A stretch of 64,000 nt of DNA from Burkholderiales bacterium (lineage in GTDB: Bacteria > Pseudomonadota > Gammaproteobacteria > Burkholderiales > Burkholderiaceae_D). A program made the translations under genes and the position numbers. Under the pieces are notes generated by a model, which had not been told where the DNA came from, did no database searches, and was given only the letters and a program-made list of their open reading frames with translations. The DNA is taken from positions 15,432-79,431 of the forward strand of contig JACOUL010000008.1 in assembly GCA_016177875.1 (NCBI GenBank), given 5' to 3'. This document shows, piece after piece, positions 1-9,353 of the stretch (positions within the stretch are counted from its first letter, which is position 1; each line of letters begins with the position of its first letter).

Positions 1-120
1 TTTTCCGGTCAGCATTGTTTTCGCTAAATTTTCAGGGTGTTTGATACGCATTGCCACAATAGCCGCAATATGCAATGCGACTGAGGTTAAAAGTTGAGGA
101 TAAGAACGACGCGCGGCCAT
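1..120 (-). CDS. Partial CDS running out of the 5' edge of the window. Start codon is at 120; reverse-complement translation is MAARRSYPQLLTSVALHIAAIVAMRIKHPENLAKTMLTGK...
   Basis: Manual reverse-complement translation of bases 1-120 gives an open frame from an ATG at 120 to the window edge, with a hydrophobic N-terminus. It is absent from the ORF track because it is truncated. I did not recognise the family. Confidence 0.25.
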   Translation of the reverse strand, partial: MAARRSYPQLLTSVALHIAAIVAMRIKHPENLAKTMLTGK

Positions 121-476
121 TCCATGGGTGTGCAGAACGTCACGTATCGCGTCAGCAACTGTACGCCTTAAAGGTAACTGAAATTATATGGTTAAAAAAG
201 AATCTTTCTCGGATAAAATTCCCTATATATAAAGCGGCCCCGGTGATTTATCGCTGATGAGCCTACGCAGTGAAAAGCTTGCCGTATCGACCGAGGTTGC
301 CGACACTAGTATCGCGATCTTGAAAATTTCTAGAAGCGGCGAAGAAAAATTGCGACCAAGGCAGGCGGCTCGCTTTGTGTCGGGTCAACGGGTAAGAAAA
401 ATTAATCGATTATGATAGCTAACATTATCTAAGCCGCTTTGATTCTGTTTTTTGCAGCCCCAATAATACTCACTCA

Positions 477-1457
477 ATGCAGAATTTTTCCTCATCAATT
501 CAATCCCACAATGGCTTCATTCAAGCGTATCGCAAGGATGAGGATGGAATTCGTGCCGAACTAAGTGAGGGCTTGTTGGCTTCGCCGGCGGTTACTTCTC
601 CGAAATATCTTTATGACGCACTTGGCTCACGTTTGTTCGCGGCGATTTGTGAACTGCCGGAATACTACTTAACCCGCACCGAAGCTGCAATTTTCCAAGC
701 GCATCTGCCTGAAATGGCGGAAGCAATCGGACCCGGGCGCACTCTCATCGATCTAGGAGCAGGCAATTGTTCCAAGGCAGCGCGCTTGTTCTCTGCATTG
801 AGTCCGCAGCAGTATGTGCCCGTCGACATTTCGGTTGAATTTCTGCGCGATTCGGTTGAGTTGTTGCGGCAACGTTTTCCGGAGATAGAGATCACCGGCG
901 TCGGTTTGGATTTCTCGACGACCTTGGATTTGCCCGATGCCGTCAACAAGCGCAATCGTTTGTTTTTTTATCCGGGCTCGTCGCTCGGTAACTTTATGCC
1001 GGAAGACGCCGTTGAATTTCTGCGCGGTGTACATCAGGCTTGCGCGGGCGAGGGTGGCTTGTTAATCGGCGTCGATTTGGTGAAGGATAAACAGATTCTC
1101 GATGCCGCTTACGACGACGCGCTGGGTGTGACGGCTTCTTTTAATCTCAATTTGCTTCTGCATTTAAATAGGTTGCTTGGTGCGGATTTTAATGTGCGGG
1201 ATTGGGCTCACCGTGCGTTCTTCAATGAGAACAAGAGCCGGATCGAAATGCATCTCGAAGCGCGTCGAAGCGTGACGGTAAGCTGGTCGGGTGGGAAGCG
1301 GCAATTTGCCGAAGGCGAGCGCATTCACACCGAGAATAGCTACAAGTACACACGCGAGTCGTTCGTTCGCCTGTTGGAGCGAGCCGGATTCGGCGAGACA
1401 AAGGTGTGGACCGATCCGCGCGGATGGTTCATGGTCTGCTACGCGAAGCTTGTATGA
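477..1457 (+). CDS. egtD: L-histidine N-alpha-methyltransferase (hercynine synthase) EgtD
   Basis: 326 aa with the EgtD-type SAM methyltransferase hallmarks: YLYDxxGSxLFxxIxxLPEYY near the N-terminus and LIDLGAGNCSK. It is followed with an ATGA overlap by an EgtB-like gene. Confidence 0.85.
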   Translation: MQNFSSSIQSHNGFIQAYRKDEDGIRAELSEGLLASPAVTSPKYLYDALGSRLFAAICELPEYYLTRTEAAIFQAHLPEMAEAIGPGRTLIDLGAGNCSKAARLFSALSPQQYVPVDISVEFLRDSVELLRQRFPEIEITGVGLDFSTTLDLPDAVNKRNRLFFYPGSSLGNFMPEDAVEFLRGVHQACAGEGGLLIGVDLVKDKQILDAAYDDALGVTASFNLNLLLHLNRLLGADFNVRDWAHRAFFNENKSRIEMHLEARRSVTVSWSGGKRQFAEGERIHTENSYKYTRESFVRLLERAGFGETKVWTDPRGWFMVCYAKLV

Positions 1458-2719
1458 ATGCGCAAACAGAACAGCACTTTCTGACTGGCGCCGACACGTT
1501 GCGCCAGCATTACTCTGCGGTGCGGACCCAGACCATGGCGCTGTGCGAGCCTTTGTCGCCGGAAGATTGCTGTGCGCAATCCATGCCGGATGCAAGCCCC
1601 ATTAAATGGCATATCGCGCATACGGCCTGGTTTTTTGAAACCTTTGTACTTGAACGATACGAGCCGGATTTTCAAGTCTTTCAGCCGGCTTTCCGCATGC
1701 TTTTCAATTCGTACTACAACGCTATCGGAAACAAGCATCCGCGTTCGCATCGCGGCCTACTGACGCGCCCTTCAATGACGGAGGTGACGGAGTATCGGCG
1801 CAATGTCGATCAGCGCATAGGGAATTTGCTGGATCAAGAGGATGTTGTCGCCGATATTCTGCCCTTAATCGAGTTAGGCTTGCACCATGAACAGCAGCAT
1901 CAAGAATTGATGTTGACCGATGTGAAGCATCTGTTGTCTTGCAATCCGATGCAGCCCGCTTATGTTGATGAGCCGCTGAGATCGAATCAGAAGGCGCCTC
2001 CCATGGATTGGTTGGGCTTCGATGCCGGAGTAATAGAAGTTGGGCATAGTGGAATCGGATTCTGCTTCGACAATGAAATGCCGCGCCATCGGCAATTTGT
2101 CGAAGCGTTTCAGTTCGCCACACGCCTGGTGACCAATGGTGAGTATCTGGCGTTTGTACGCGCCGGCGGATACAGCAATCCGGCGCTGTGGCTGTCGGAA
2201 GGGTGGGACTGGGCACAAGCCAATCGATTGAGCTGCCCCCTGTACTGGCGTGCCGAGGAAAATGAGCATCACATCGATTGGTTTGAATTCACGTTGCATG
2301 GGTTGCAGCCGCTCGATTTGCACCGACCGGTTACTCACCTGTCCTATTTTGAAGCAGACGCCTACGCGCGTTGGGCCGGCGCACGTCTGCCGACCGAAGC
2401 AGAATGGGAAATCGCGGCTGGCAATTGCAATGCATTGACGATCGAAAGCCTGCATCCGCAGACCGCAACCGAGCGCGGACTCACACAAATGTTCGGCACC
2501 TGCTGGCAATGGACCTCGAGCAGTTATGCGCCGTATCCGGGGTATTCGCCGGCCGTGGGGGCAATCGGCGAGTACAACGGTAAGTTCATGTCCAACCAGT
2601 ATGTATTGCGCGGCTCGTCGTGCGTGACGCCGTTTGGCCATACCCGCAAGACTTACCGCAATTTCTTTCCAGCGGCCGCGCGCTGGCAGTTCAGCGGCAT
2701 TCGTCTGGCAAGATCTTAA
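1454..2719 (+). CDS. egtB: Ergothioneine sulfoxide synthase EgtB (DinB_2 domain plus FGE-sulfatase-like domain)
   Basis: N-terminal DinB_2 region with the HX3HXE iron motif (HHEQQHQE) and a C-terminal FGE-sulfatase-like region (RGSSCVTP...YRNFF). The start was chosen at the in-frame ATG at 1454, which overlaps the egtD stop (ATGA). The ORF track's longer 1406 start would overlap egtD by 52 nt. Confidence 0.85.
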   Translation: MNAQTEQHFLTGADTLRQHYSAVRTQTMALCEPLSPEDCCAQSMPDASPIKWHIAHTAWFFETFVLERYEPDFQVFQPAFRMLFNSYYNAIGNKHPRSHRGLLTRPSMTEVTEYRRNVDQRIGNLLDQEDVVADILPLIELGLHHEQQHQELMLTDVKHLLSCNPMQPAYVDEPLRSNQKAPPMDWLGFDAGVIEVGHSGIGFCFDNEMPRHRQFVEAFQFATRLVTNGEYLAFVRAGGYSNPALWLSEGWDWAQANRLSCPLYWRAEENEHHIDWFEFTLHGLQPLDLHRPVTHLSYFEADAYARWAGARLPTEAEWEIAAGNCNALTIESLHPQTATERGLTQMFGTCWQWTSSSYAPYPGYSPAVGAIGEYNGKFMSNQYVLRGSSCVTPFGHTRKTYRNFFPAAARWQFSGIRLARS

Positions 2720-2720
2720 G

Positions 2721-3449
2721 ATGGCATACGAACTTTATTACTGGCCGAATATTCAAGGCCGCGGCGAATTTATCCGTCTCGCACTGGAAGAGGCGGGCAC
2801 GGATTACATTGATGTCGCGCGTTTACCGAAGCATTCGGGCAGAGGAATGCCGGCATTGTTGCATTATCTTGCCGATGCCGAGTCCATACAGCCGCCCTTT
2901 GCCCCGCCTTTCTTGAAGGATGGTGATTTCGTTATTGCGCAGACCGCCAACATTTTGTTTTATCTCGGGACGCGGTTGGGATTGGCGCCGCGCGCGGAGC
3001 ACGAACGCCTGTGGGCGCACCAGCTGCAGCTTACTGTGGCGGATTTGATCTCGGAAGTGCACGACACCCACCACCCGATTGCAAGCAGCCTCTATTACGA
3101 AGATCAGAAAAAAGAGGCGAAGAAGCGCGCCGCTGATTTCATCGCCAAGCGATTGCCGAAGTATCTCGCTTATTTCACTCAAGTATTGGAACAAAATCCG
3201 CGCCGCGGCGGCTTTATGGTGGGAGGGCGCTTAAGCTATGTCGATTTATCGATGTTTCAAATCATAGAAGGACTGCGCTACGCTTTTCCCAAGGCGATGC
3301 AAAGACTGGAACCGGAACACAGTGGATTGACGCGCTTGCATGACCGCGTCGCAGAGCGGCCAAATATCGCCGCGTATCTGGCTTCAGACCGGCGTTTGCC
3401 GTTTAGTGAAGAAGGGATCTTTCGCCGTTACCGCGAACTCGATACTTAA
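2721..3449 (+). CDS. Glutathione S-transferase family protein
   Basis: N-terminal thioredoxin-like GST domain (MAYELYYWPNIQGRGEFIRLALEEAG) and a C-terminal alpha-helical GST domain. The ATG lies 2 nt after the egtB stop, so it is probably the third gene of the egt operon. Confidence 0.8.
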   Translation: MAYELYYWPNIQGRGEFIRLALEEAGTDYIDVARLPKHSGRGMPALLHYLADAESIQPPFAPPFLKDGDFVIAQTANILFYLGTRLGLAPRAEHERLWAHQLQLTVADLISEVHDTHHPIASSLYYEDQKKEAKKRAADFIAKRLPKYLAYFTQVLEQNPRRGGFMVGGRLSYVDLSMFQIIEGLRYAFPKAMQRLEPEHSGLTRLHDRVAERPNIAAYLASDRRLPFSEEGIFRRYRELDT

Positions 3450-4471
3450 AAAAGGTCGATGTCGCCTGATTCTGCGGCCTTATTTTGCAGTTTGCCTTCG
3501 TCGATCAGTTGTTCGTAGAAAGCGACTCGATTGCGTCCATTCTCTTTGCAGTAATAAAGCGCTTGGTCTGCGCGGTCAATGATTGTGCCGGGCAAATCAT
3601 TGGGATGTATGAAGGTCACGCCGATACTCGTTGTAATTTGGCCCACTTGCGGGAAATAACGAGTTTCCACCGCGCGCCGGAATCGTTCCATGACAGTTTT
3701 GGCTTGTTCCGTTTCGACGTTGCGCAATACCACCACAAATTCTTCGCCGCCGACGCGGAATAACAAATCATATTCGCGGAAGGTTTCGTTCATACATTGA
3801 GAAAAATGCAGAAGTACTTCGTCGCCCATCAAATGGCCGTAGGTATCATTGACGCGCTTGAAGTGGTCGATGTCGAGCACTGCTAAGCAGTATTGTGCCT
3901 TGTCGGCATTGCGCTTATTCGCGGCGGACAGCGACAAGATGATTTTCATGATTTTGTCGTCGAAGCACTTACGGTTCAACAAACCGGTCAAGTGGTCTCG
4001 TTGGTTATCGTTGAGCAGCGATACGTAGTTGCGGAAGAAACCGAGCAATATGTTCGCGAGCTCTTGGTCGCGTTCAATATGCTCACGCGCCTTAATCACC
4101 AAAAATCCAGTGACGGCTTTCATGTTTTGGACCGGATGAATGAAGCGCAACGAGTCCCCTGGATTGACGCGTGTCGATACCGCCATATTTTTCGTTTCCA
4201 GGCATTGGACAAAAAGCGGATCGTCCTTTAACAAAATAGGCGGTAAATCGTCGTCATCGACCGTGTCGTCATAACCGACAGGGATCAAAAAGTCTTCTGC
4301 ATTTTCCGCGCCGATTTGCTTCAGGCTGCGAATATCGAATAGCTCAATCGACTCGGCGGCGATCAATTGCTGCAAGGTTTGAATCAAGGAGCACTGGAGC
4401 GCCTTGATCTCGGGTTTCTCGATGAGTTTGGCAAGCGAACGTAATAGCTTCGGAGTGTCGTCGTTAATCAT
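3446..4471 (-). CDS. Diguanylate cyclase (GGDEF domain) with an N-terminal sensory region
   Basis: C-terminal GGDEF domain with an RVGGEEF active-site motif and the upstream LTGLLNRKCFDDK inhibitory-site region. The N-terminal ~170 aa are unassigned. Confidence 0.8.
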   Translation of the reverse strand: MINDDTPKLLRSLAKLIEKPEIKALQCSLIQTLQQLIAAESIELFDIRSLKQIGAENAEDFLIPVGYDDTVDDDDLPPILLKDDPLFVQCLETKNMAVSTRVNPGDSLRFIHPVQNMKAVTGFLVIKAREHIERDQELANILLGFFRNYVSLLNDNQRDHLTGLLNRKCFDDKIMKIILSLSAANKRNADKAQYCLAVLDIDHFKRVNDTYGHLMGDEVLLHFSQCMNETFREYDLLFRVGGEEFVVVLRNVETEQAKTVMERFRRAVETRYFPQVGQITTSIGVTFIHPNDLPGTIIDRADQALYYCKENGRNRVAFYEQLIDEGKLQNKAAESGDIDLF

Positions 4472-4744
4472 AGAGGCTCATATAGTTCTTCGTGGCGCCG
4501 CTGAAAACCCGATAAAAAAACTTCGGAGGTGCTTTTCCCATAGACTAAGTGGCCTTGCCTTGCGCGTCAACAGCTAGTCATTTTTTATGGGCGGCCGCCA
4601 ACGCACAAATCGGACACAAACGGTCAACTTGCGAGACTCATGGTTAAAGAAGGTTAAATCTGGTCGTTCGGCCAGTGGGAAACTTGGACGATTTGATTAT
4701 CATTTGGCTAATTCTATAACGACAATATTTTCCTTCCTAGGCTC

Positions 4745-5329
4745 ATGACTGCTTCGAATACTGCACTCAGTGACATTCTTATCACCGACGAGCTGCAACG
4801 TCGTCCAAGGCGACTCGCGAACATACAGAAAGAGTTGTCGGCGTTACGAGAAATCAGTCGTCATGTTGAACAACGTTCCACGACTTTGGTGTCCATGCTC
4901 TGCGAATTAGCGGCGTCTATGTGCGAGGCGGGATCCGCCGGCATTAGTATTGTGCACAACGCGGGCAATGAGGAATTTTTCGGTTGGGACGTTGTTGCGG
5001 GGAAGGCGGCTTCGTTCGCCGGCGGGAAAGTGCCGCGCCACGATAGCCCTTGCGGCATTTGTCTCAAGTTTAAAGAGCCTCAGCTTTTTCGTCAGCCGGG
5101 ACGATATTTCAATTGGCTGAACATAGTCAGCATTCCCGTTGCTGAAGCCTTAGTGATTCCGCTTTACCTGTCCAATGCAAAACCGCTGGGTACGATATGG
5201 ATTTTGTCCCATGAGGAAGAACGCAACTTCGACAAAGAGGATGTACGAATTTTGCGTGAACTAGGCGACTATGTAATCAAGGCATATTCGCTGCAGGAAC
5301 AAAGGCCGTTGGCAGAAGCGGCCCGCTGA
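4745..5329 (+). CDS. GAF domain-containing protein
   Basis: 194 aa cytoplasmic protein with a GAF-like fold signature and no output domain. It is divergent from the GGDEF gene. Confidence 0.55.
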   Translation: MTASNTALSDILITDELQRRPRRLANIQKELSALREISRHVEQRSTTLVSMLCELAASMCEAGSAGISIVHNAGNEEFFGWDVVAGKAASFAGGKVPRHDSPCGICLKFKEPQLFRQPGRYFNWLNIVSIPVAEALVIPLYLSNAKPLGTIWILSHEEERNFDKEDVRILRELGDYVIKAYSLQEQRPLAEAAR

Positions 5330-5338
5330 CTGGCATTT

Positions 5339-6955
5339 CTAACTTTGTTGCCGAATTTTTCGCCATAGCGTCGTACGGCTGATGCCGAGATGGCGTGCAG
5401 CCGCTTCGCGATTGCCGCCAAAGCGCGCCAGCACTTCTGCAATCGTTTCTTGTGCAGCATCGGCGTTAGAAGCCGAGAGACTGATTGCGTCAGCATCGCC
5501 TGGACGCTTCGCAAATTCCGGCGCCACCGATATGACGAAACTTGGCGTGAGTGCTTGTAGCGGCTGCGCGGCCAAAAATAGCGCCAGCCTTTCCATCATG
5601 TTGCGCAATTCACGCACGTTGCCCGGCCAATCGTAGTCGGACAGCAGCGGTGCGCACGCCACTACTTCTGCATGTAGGTTGGCGTGAGGACGCGCACCCA
5701 ATGAGGCCAAAGCATTTTTCAAACACCACTCGGCCAGCGACACCAGATCGCTGCGCCGTTCGCGTAGTGCAGGCAAAGTCAAACGCAAGACACCGAGCCG
5801 GTAAAACAAGTCGGCGCGGAAGCGTCCATCTTTAATGCGGGTATCCAAGTCGCAGTGCGTGGCGCTGATGATGCGCACGTCGACCGGGATCGGCCGCGTG
5901 CCGCCGACGCGAACGACTTCACGTTCTTCCAGTACGCGCAAAAGACGCGTTTGCAGTTGCAGTGGCATCTCGCCGATCTCGTCAAGGAAGAGGGTGCCGC
6001 GGTTGGCAGCCTCAAAGAGACCGGCATGGCCGCCGCGGCGCGAACCGGTGAACGCACCTTCCTCGTAGCCGAATAATTCCGATTCCAGCAAGGACTCGGC
6101 GACGGCACCGCAATTGATGGCGACGAAGGGCTGGCGCACTCGCGGGCTTTCGCGATGAATGGCTTGGGCGACCAATTCTTTTCCGGTGCCGGTTTCGCCC
6201 TGAATCAAGACGGTGGCCGGCGATTTGGCAAATAAAGCAATTGATTGACGCACGTTTTGCATCGCGGGGGAGTCGCCGCGCAAATCGTTCAAGCCATGCT
6301 TGGCGCGCAATGCGTCGGCGTGCGGATGCAGGCGCCCGCGGCTGGATTCGAGCTGGGTGAAGCGGGCCATCTCCAGGGCGTCCTCGAACGCTTTGCGTAT
6401 GGTGGCAGCCGAGTAAAGGAAGACGCCGGTTAATCCGGCTTCTTCCGCCAAGTCGGTGATCAAGCCCGCGCCTACGACGGCTTTGATGCCTGCGGCCTTC
6501 AATTCTCTAATTTGCGCGCGCGCATCCTCTTCCGTAGCGTAGGTGCGTTGTTCGATGCTTAGGCCGAAGGTGGCTTGGAATTCCGCCAGTTCCGGCATGG
6601 TTTCCTGATAAGTGACTAGGCCGATTTCGTTCGTGACTTTGCGCGCGCGCGTCAGTGCTTGCAATACATCGAAGCCGCTCGCCTTGGCGATGACGACAGG
6701 TACTGCGGATATTCGGCTCTTCAAATATGCGGCGTTGGAGCCGGCGGCGATGATCGCATCGCAGCGCTCGTTGGCCATGCGCTCGCGGATATGCTGAACT
6801 GCTTCTTCAAAGCCTAGATGAATCGGTTCGACCACCGCGCGATCGTCGAACTCGACCATGATGTCGCGGAAAAGATCAAACAGGCGCGAAATGGATACTG
6901 TCCAGATGACCGGTTTATCGCTCGTATCACGAAGAGGGAAAGCTTGTTTCGCCAT
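5339..6955 (-). CDS. prpR: Propionate catabolism operon regulator PrpR (sigma-54-dependent activator)
   Basis: PrpR-type N-terminal propionate-sensing domain, a central AAA+ sigma-54 interaction domain (GESGTGKE, GAFTG, ESELFGY) and a C-terminal HTH. It is divergent from prpB. Confidence 0.85.
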   Translation of the reverse strand: MAKQAFPLRDTSDKPVIWTVSISRLFDLFRDIMVEFDDRAVVEPIHLGFEEAVQHIRERMANERCDAIIAAGSNAAYLKSRISAVPVVIAKASGFDVLQALTRARKVTNEIGLVTYQETMPELAEFQATFGLSIEQRTYATEEDARAQIRELKAAGIKAVVGAGLITDLAEEAGLTGVFLYSAATIRKAFEDALEMARFTQLESSRGRLHPHADALRAKHGLNDLRGDSPAMQNVRQSIALFAKSPATVLIQGETGTGKELVAQAIHRESPRVRQPFVAINCGAVAESLLESELFGYEEGAFTGSRRGGHAGLFEAANRGTLFLDEIGEMPLQLQTRLLRVLEEREVVRVGGTRPIPVDVRIISATHCDLDTRIKDGRFRADLFYRLGVLRLTLPALRERRSDLVSLAEWCLKNALASLGARPHANLHAEVVACAPLLSDYDWPGNVRELRNMMERLALFLAAQPLQALTPSFVISVAPEFAKRPGDADAISLSASNADAAQETIAEVLARFGGNREAAARHLGISRTTLWRKIRQQS

Positions 6956-7115
6956 GTTTCACAATGCGTTTCAAATGTTCCAAATGTAACACATTTTGGA
7001 ACATTTGAAATATGCCCATGCTTTTTCGCCCACGCGTCTTCTCCTGGCTTAAGCACATGATTTTTCTAGAATTATTGCGCTTCTCATAGGGGTATTAGTA
7101 ACCCAAAGCAAGGTG

Positions 7116-7131
7116 TGGCACACCGATTGCA
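7116..7131 (+). promoter_or_regulatory. Sigma-54 (-24/-12) promoter for prpBC: TGGCAC-N5-TTGCA
   Basis: Exact TGGCACaccgaTTGCA match about 55 bp upstream of the prpB ATG, next to the divergent sigma-54 activator gene prpR. Confidence 0.65.
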
Positions 7132-7185
7132 ATATCGGATCACATTCGCAGCCGTGAAACGGTTGCCCACTTCAAGGGAGCTGAT

Positions 7186-8076
7186 ATGACGCATTACTCC
7201 GCAGGTGCCGCCTTTCGCAAGGCAGTGAAAGAAGAATCTCCGCTACAGGTGGTCGGCACCATCAATGCCAATCACGCATTATTGGCCAAGCGTGCCGGCT
7301 TCAAAGCTATTTATCTCTCCGGCGGCGGCGTTGCGGCCGGCTCGCTGGGTTTGCCCGACCTGGGCATTTCCAATCTCGATGATGTGCTGACCGACGTGCG
7401 CCGCATTACCGACGTGTGCGATTTGCCCTTGCTGGTCGATGTCGATACCGGCTTCGGCTCTTCCGCGTTCAATGTGGCACGTACGGTCAAGTCCATGGTC
7501 AAGTTCGGCGCGGCGGCAATTCATATCGAAGACCAGGTGGGGGCGAAGCGCTGCGGCCATCGTCCGAATAAGGAAATCGTCACCAAGCAGGAAATGGTCG
7601 ATCGCATCAAGGCTGCCGTGGATGCGCGTACCGATGACAACTTCGTCATCATGGCACGCACCGATGCGCTCGCCGTCGAAGGCTTGGAAGCCGCGCTGGA
7701 CCGGGCGATCGCTTGCGTCGAAGCCGGTGCCGACATGATCTTCCCCGAAGCGATCACCGAACTGGCGATGTACAAGACTTTTGCGAATGCGGTGAAAGTG
7801 CCGGTGCTGGCCAACATCACCGAATTCGGCGCAACGCCTTTGTATACGACCGAGGAATTGAAATCGGCCGACGTCGGTCTGGTGTTGTATCCGCTGTCGG
7901 CGTTCCGCGCCATGAACAAGGCGGCGGAAAACGTCTTTACGGCGATCCGCCGCGACGGCACGCAGAAGAATGTGGTCGACACCATGCAGACCCGCATGGA
8001 ACTGTATGAGCGCATCAACTATCACGATTTCGAGCAAAAGCTGGACGCGCTGTTTGCGCAACAGAAAGCCAAATAA
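7186..8076 (+). CDS. prpB: 2-methylisocitrate lyase PrpB
   Basis: 296 aa isocitrate-lyase/PEP-mutase superfamily protein with the KRCGH catalytic loop. First gene after the PrpR-dependent promoter. Confidence 0.9.
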   Translation: MTHYSAGAAFRKAVKEESPLQVVGTINANHALLAKRAGFKAIYLSGGGVAAGSLGLPDLGISNLDDVLTDVRRITDVCDLPLLVDVDTGFGSSAFNVARTVKSMVKFGAAAIHIEDQVGAKRCGHRPNKEIVTKQEMVDRIKAAVDARTDDNFVIMARTDALAVEGLEAALDRAIACVEAGADMIFPEAITELAMYKTFANAVKVPVLANITEFGATPLYTTEELKSADVGLVLYPLSAFRAMNKAAENVFTAIRRDGTQKNVVDTMQTRMELYERINYHDFEQKLDALFAQQKAK

Positions 8077-8103
8077 CCTTCCTACATCATTAAGGAGAAC
8101 TCT

Positions 8104-9258
8104 ATGAGCGAGCAACAAGCTTCCGGTTTCAAACCGAAAAAATCCGTCGCACTGTCCGGCGTCACCGCCGGCAATACCGCGCTGTGTACCGTTGGCCGCA
8201 GTGGCAATGATTTGCACTATCGCGGTTACGACATTCTCGATGTGGCGGACGCTTGCGAATTCGAGGAAATCGCTCATCTGCTGGTGCACGGCAAGCTGCC
8301 GACCGCTTCCGAATTGAAGGCCTACAAGATCAAGCTGAAGTCCTTGCGCGGTTTGCCGGCCAGCGTAAAAGCCGTATTGGAAGCCCTGCCTGCCGCGTCG
8401 CATCCGATGGATGTGATGCGCACCGGTGTTTCCGCGCTCGGCTGCGCATTGCCGGAGAAGGACGACCACAATGTTCCGGGCGCACGCGACATTGCCGACA
8501 AGCTGATGGCATCGCTCGGTTCCATGCTGCTGTATTGGTACCACTTCAGCAACAACGGCAAGCGCATCGAAGTGGAAACCGACGATGACTCCATCGGCGG
8601 TCACTTCCTGCACCTGTTGCACGGCAAGGCGCCGTCCGAGCTGTGGGTCAAGGCCATGCACACCTCGCTCATCCTGTACGCGGAGCATGAGTTTAATGCT
8701 TCCACCTTCACCGGCCGCGTCATCGCCGGCACGGGTTCCGATATGTACTCCGCCATCACCGGCGCGATCGGCGCATTGCGCGGTCCCAAGCACGGCGGCG
8801 CCAACGAAGTCGCTTTCGAAATCCAGAAGCGCTACGACAATCCGGATGAAGCGGAAGCCGATATCAAGAAGCGCGTCGAGAACAAGGAAGTCGTGATCGG
8901 CTTCGGCCACCCGGTGTACACCATCTCCGATCCGCGCAACAAGGTCATCAAGGAAGTCGCGCGTGACCTGTCGAAGGAAGCCGGCTCGATGAAGATGTTC
9001 GACATCGCCGAGCGCCTGGAATCCGTCATGTGGGAAATCAAGAAAATGTTCCCGAACCTCGACTGGTTCTCCGCTGTTTCGTATCACATGATGGGCGTGC
9101 CGACCGCGATGTTTACGCCGCTGTTCGTGATCTCCCGTACCTCCGGTTGGTCCGCGCACATCATCGAACAACGCATCGACAACAAGATCATTCGTCCGAG
9201 TGCCAACTACGTCGGCCCGGAAGATCTGAAGTTCGTACCGATCCGGGACCGTAAGTAA
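8104..9258 (+). CDS. prpC: 2-methylcitrate synthase PrpC
   Basis: 384 aa citrate-synthase family protein ([11 protein letters not shown] motifs) in the prp operon. Confidence 0.9.
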   Translation: MSEQQASGFKPKKSVALSGVTAGNTALCTVGRSGNDLHYRGYDILDVADACEFEEIAHLLVHGKLPTASELKAYKIKLKSLRGLPASVKAVLEALPAASHPMDVMRTGVSALGCALPEKDDHNVPGARDIADKLMASLGSMLLYWYHFSNNGKRIEVETDDDSIGGHFLHLLHGKAPSELWVKAMHTSLILYAEHEFNASTFTGRVIAGTGSDMYSAITGAIGALRGPKHGGANEVAFEIQKRYDNPDEAEADIKKRVENKEVVIGFGHPVYTISDPRNKVIKEVARDLSKEAGSMKMFDIAERLESVMWEIKKMFPNLDWFSAVSYHMMGVPTAMFTPLFVISRTSGWSAHIIEQRIDNKIIRPSANYVGPEDLKFVPIRDRK

Positions 9259-9353
9259 TAGCGTCGGCAACATGCTGTTCGACGCTCCGAGTCGGTCATG
9301 CAAGCATGACCGACTCGAGCACCTAATAATTGCCAACTTTCTGGACAATAGCC

